Origin: an uncultured Rhodovibrio sp. | GTDB lineage: Bacteria; Pseudomonadota; Alphaproteobacteria; Kiloniellales; Rhodovibrionaceae | Reading direction: 5' to 3' | Length of the DNA: 46,669 nt | NCBI GenBank assembly: GCA_964422775.1 | Contig: CAYRCO010000002.1 | Location: forward strand, 1-46,669 | Part shown: in pieces, positions 45,433-46,669 of the stretch | How positions within the stretch are numbered: position 1 is the first letter of the stretch | Layout: every line of letters begins with the position of its first letter | Notes under the pieces: generated by a model | Told to the model about the DNA's origin: nothing | Databases searched by the model: none | The model's input: the letters and a program-made list of their open reading frames with translations, nothing else | Made by a program: the position numbers and the translations under genes

Positions 45433-46500
45433 TCACGCCGCCACGCCGCGGGCGCGCGGGCGGCCGGTGTCGGCTTCCGGCAGGTCGACCGCGTAAACGG
45501 CGAGGCTTTCCGCCTTGCCGCGGATCGCGGCGTGCGGCAGCGCGCGCACGCGAAGCTCGGCGGGCGGGTCGAGCCGGTCCAGCACCGTCTGGCTCACCAC
45601 CAGATCGCAGTCCTGCTGGCGCGCGGTCTCCTCCAGCCGGGCGGCGGTGTTCACCGTGTCGCCCAGGAACACGATCTCGCGCTTCATGTCGCCCATCTTG
45701 CCGGTGACCACCGGACCCGCGTGGAGCGCGTAGCGCAGCCGCGGCGCCGTCCCATAGACGGCTTCGAAGTGCCGGGCGCGCTGATGTGTCAGCAGGGCGC
45801 AGGCGCGCACGCAGGCGAGCGCCCGCGCGATCGCCCGGCCGTCGCCGCGGTCCTTCCAGGTCACGATCACCTCGTCGCCGACGTAGCGGTAGATCCGGCC
45901 GCGGTGACGGGTGATCGGCTCCGCCAGTTCGCAGAACAGGTCGTCGAGATAGCGATGGAAGGCGAGGTCGCCCAGCCGCTCGGCAAGCGCAGTCGAGCCC
46001 GCGAGGTCGGCGAACAGGAACACCCGGCGTTCGGCGTGCGGGGTCAGGTAGCGGCCGGTGAAGATGCCCAGCAGCACCTCGTGCCCGACCATCCGGTCGA
46101 GCGCGGTGACGGCCACGAACACCGCGGAGATCGCGAGCGAGAACAGCACGTCGGCGAGCCCGATCGTCCGGTCGACCGCGTGGCCGGCCGCCCAGCCGCC
46201 CGTGATCTCCCCGACCTGCAGGGCCGCCAGCACCACGGCAAGGCTGCCGGCGATCGCGAGGGCGAGGTGCAGCGCGACCGGAGCCCGGCGCAGGCGCCGG
46301 CGCACACCCCCGGCGAGGTCGAACAGCTGCACCGAGATCAAGGTGCTGCAGATCAGCGTGCCGACCACCCCACCGTCGGCGAGCGCGACCCAGAAGGTGC
46401 GCGCGTGCAGCAGGCTGTAAACCGTCCCCACCACCGCCGCCGCCGGCACCGCAACGGCGATCGTGCGCAGCTGGCTGAGGCGGCGCTGGCTCAGGCGCAT
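45433..46500 (-). CDS. Membrane-bound class III adenylate/guanylate cyclase-family protein (about 4 TM)
   Basis: FLFADLAGSTALAE, YVGDE, ALHAGPV, GDTVNTAARLE, IRGK. Confidence 0.9.
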   Translation of the reverse strand: MRLSQRRLSQLRTIAVAVPAAAVVGTVYSLLHARTFWVALADGGVVGTLICSTLISVQLFDLAGGVRRRLRRAPVALHLALAIAGSLAVVLAALQVGEITGGWAAGHAVDRTIGLADVLFSLAISAVFVAVTALDRMVGHEVLLGIFTGRYLTPHAERRVFLFADLAGSTALAERLGDLAFHRYLDDLFCELAEPITRHRGRIYRYVGDEVIVTWKDRGDGRAIARALACVRACALLTHQRARHFEAVYGTAPRLRYALHAGPVVTGKMGDMKREIVFLGDTVNTAARLEETARQQDCDLVVSQTVLDRLDPPAELRVRALPHAAIRGKAESLAVYAVDLPEADTGRPRARGVAA

Positions 46501-46576
46501 CCGGGCCCTCCCGCAGGCGGCCAAACCGGGGCGCCGCCTGTCGGCGGCCAGCCTAACCGGCTGCACGAGAGTGGGG

Positions 46577-46669
46577 CTAGAGCGACATGCTCGAAGGCCG
46601 AACCGGCCTTCGGACTGAATGTCGCTCTAACTTCTTGAAGAGAGGGCAAGATTCAGCTGAAACGTGAGT
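46577..46669 (+). repeat. CIR-like repeat truncated by the window end
   Basis: Near-identical direct repeat of 45273-45365. Confidence 0.88.

Noticed and set aside
1-46669. Circular element, because the window begins and ends inside the same repeat family
   Set aside because: The ends differ (ACGTGAGT versus ACGTGATT) and the content is core chromosomal genes; an assembly break at repeats is the simpler explanation.

Overview
A very GC-rich chromosomal segment of an alphaproteobacterium. Gene order, repeat families and acidic exported proteins suggest a halophilic Rhodospirillales/Rhodovibrionaceae-like organism (inference). It is mostly core genome: ispH-thrB-rnhA, bdhA, the LppC/LpoA-rsmI-yraN-BON cluster, gshB, rpmH-rnpA-yidD-yidC-yihA-argB, ccmABCDE-G, a HisP/J/Q/M-type polar amino-acid ABC transporter, a PleC/DivJ-family kinase, phoX and two class III cyclases. 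I found no transposase, phage gene, CRISPR array, tRNA or rRNA. The most interesting signals are non-coding. (1) At 9.8-10.2 kb a putative CtrA-box-controlled sRNA with anti-Shine-Dalgarno loops is followed by a second putative sRNA that can form 21 Watson-Crick pairs with it (candidate sRNA plus sponge); a plausible target is the RBS of the ABC binding protein at 32.06 kb. (2) A further sRNA candidate with C-rich loops lies at 26.7-26.9 kb. (3) rnhA has its start and first catalytic Asp replaced by a hairpin-rich insert and is in frame with thrB. (4) Five families of palindromic intergenic repeats are present, including CIR-like GANTC-bearing elements clustered at both window ends. All calls come from motif recognition by eye; no database search or folding program was run.
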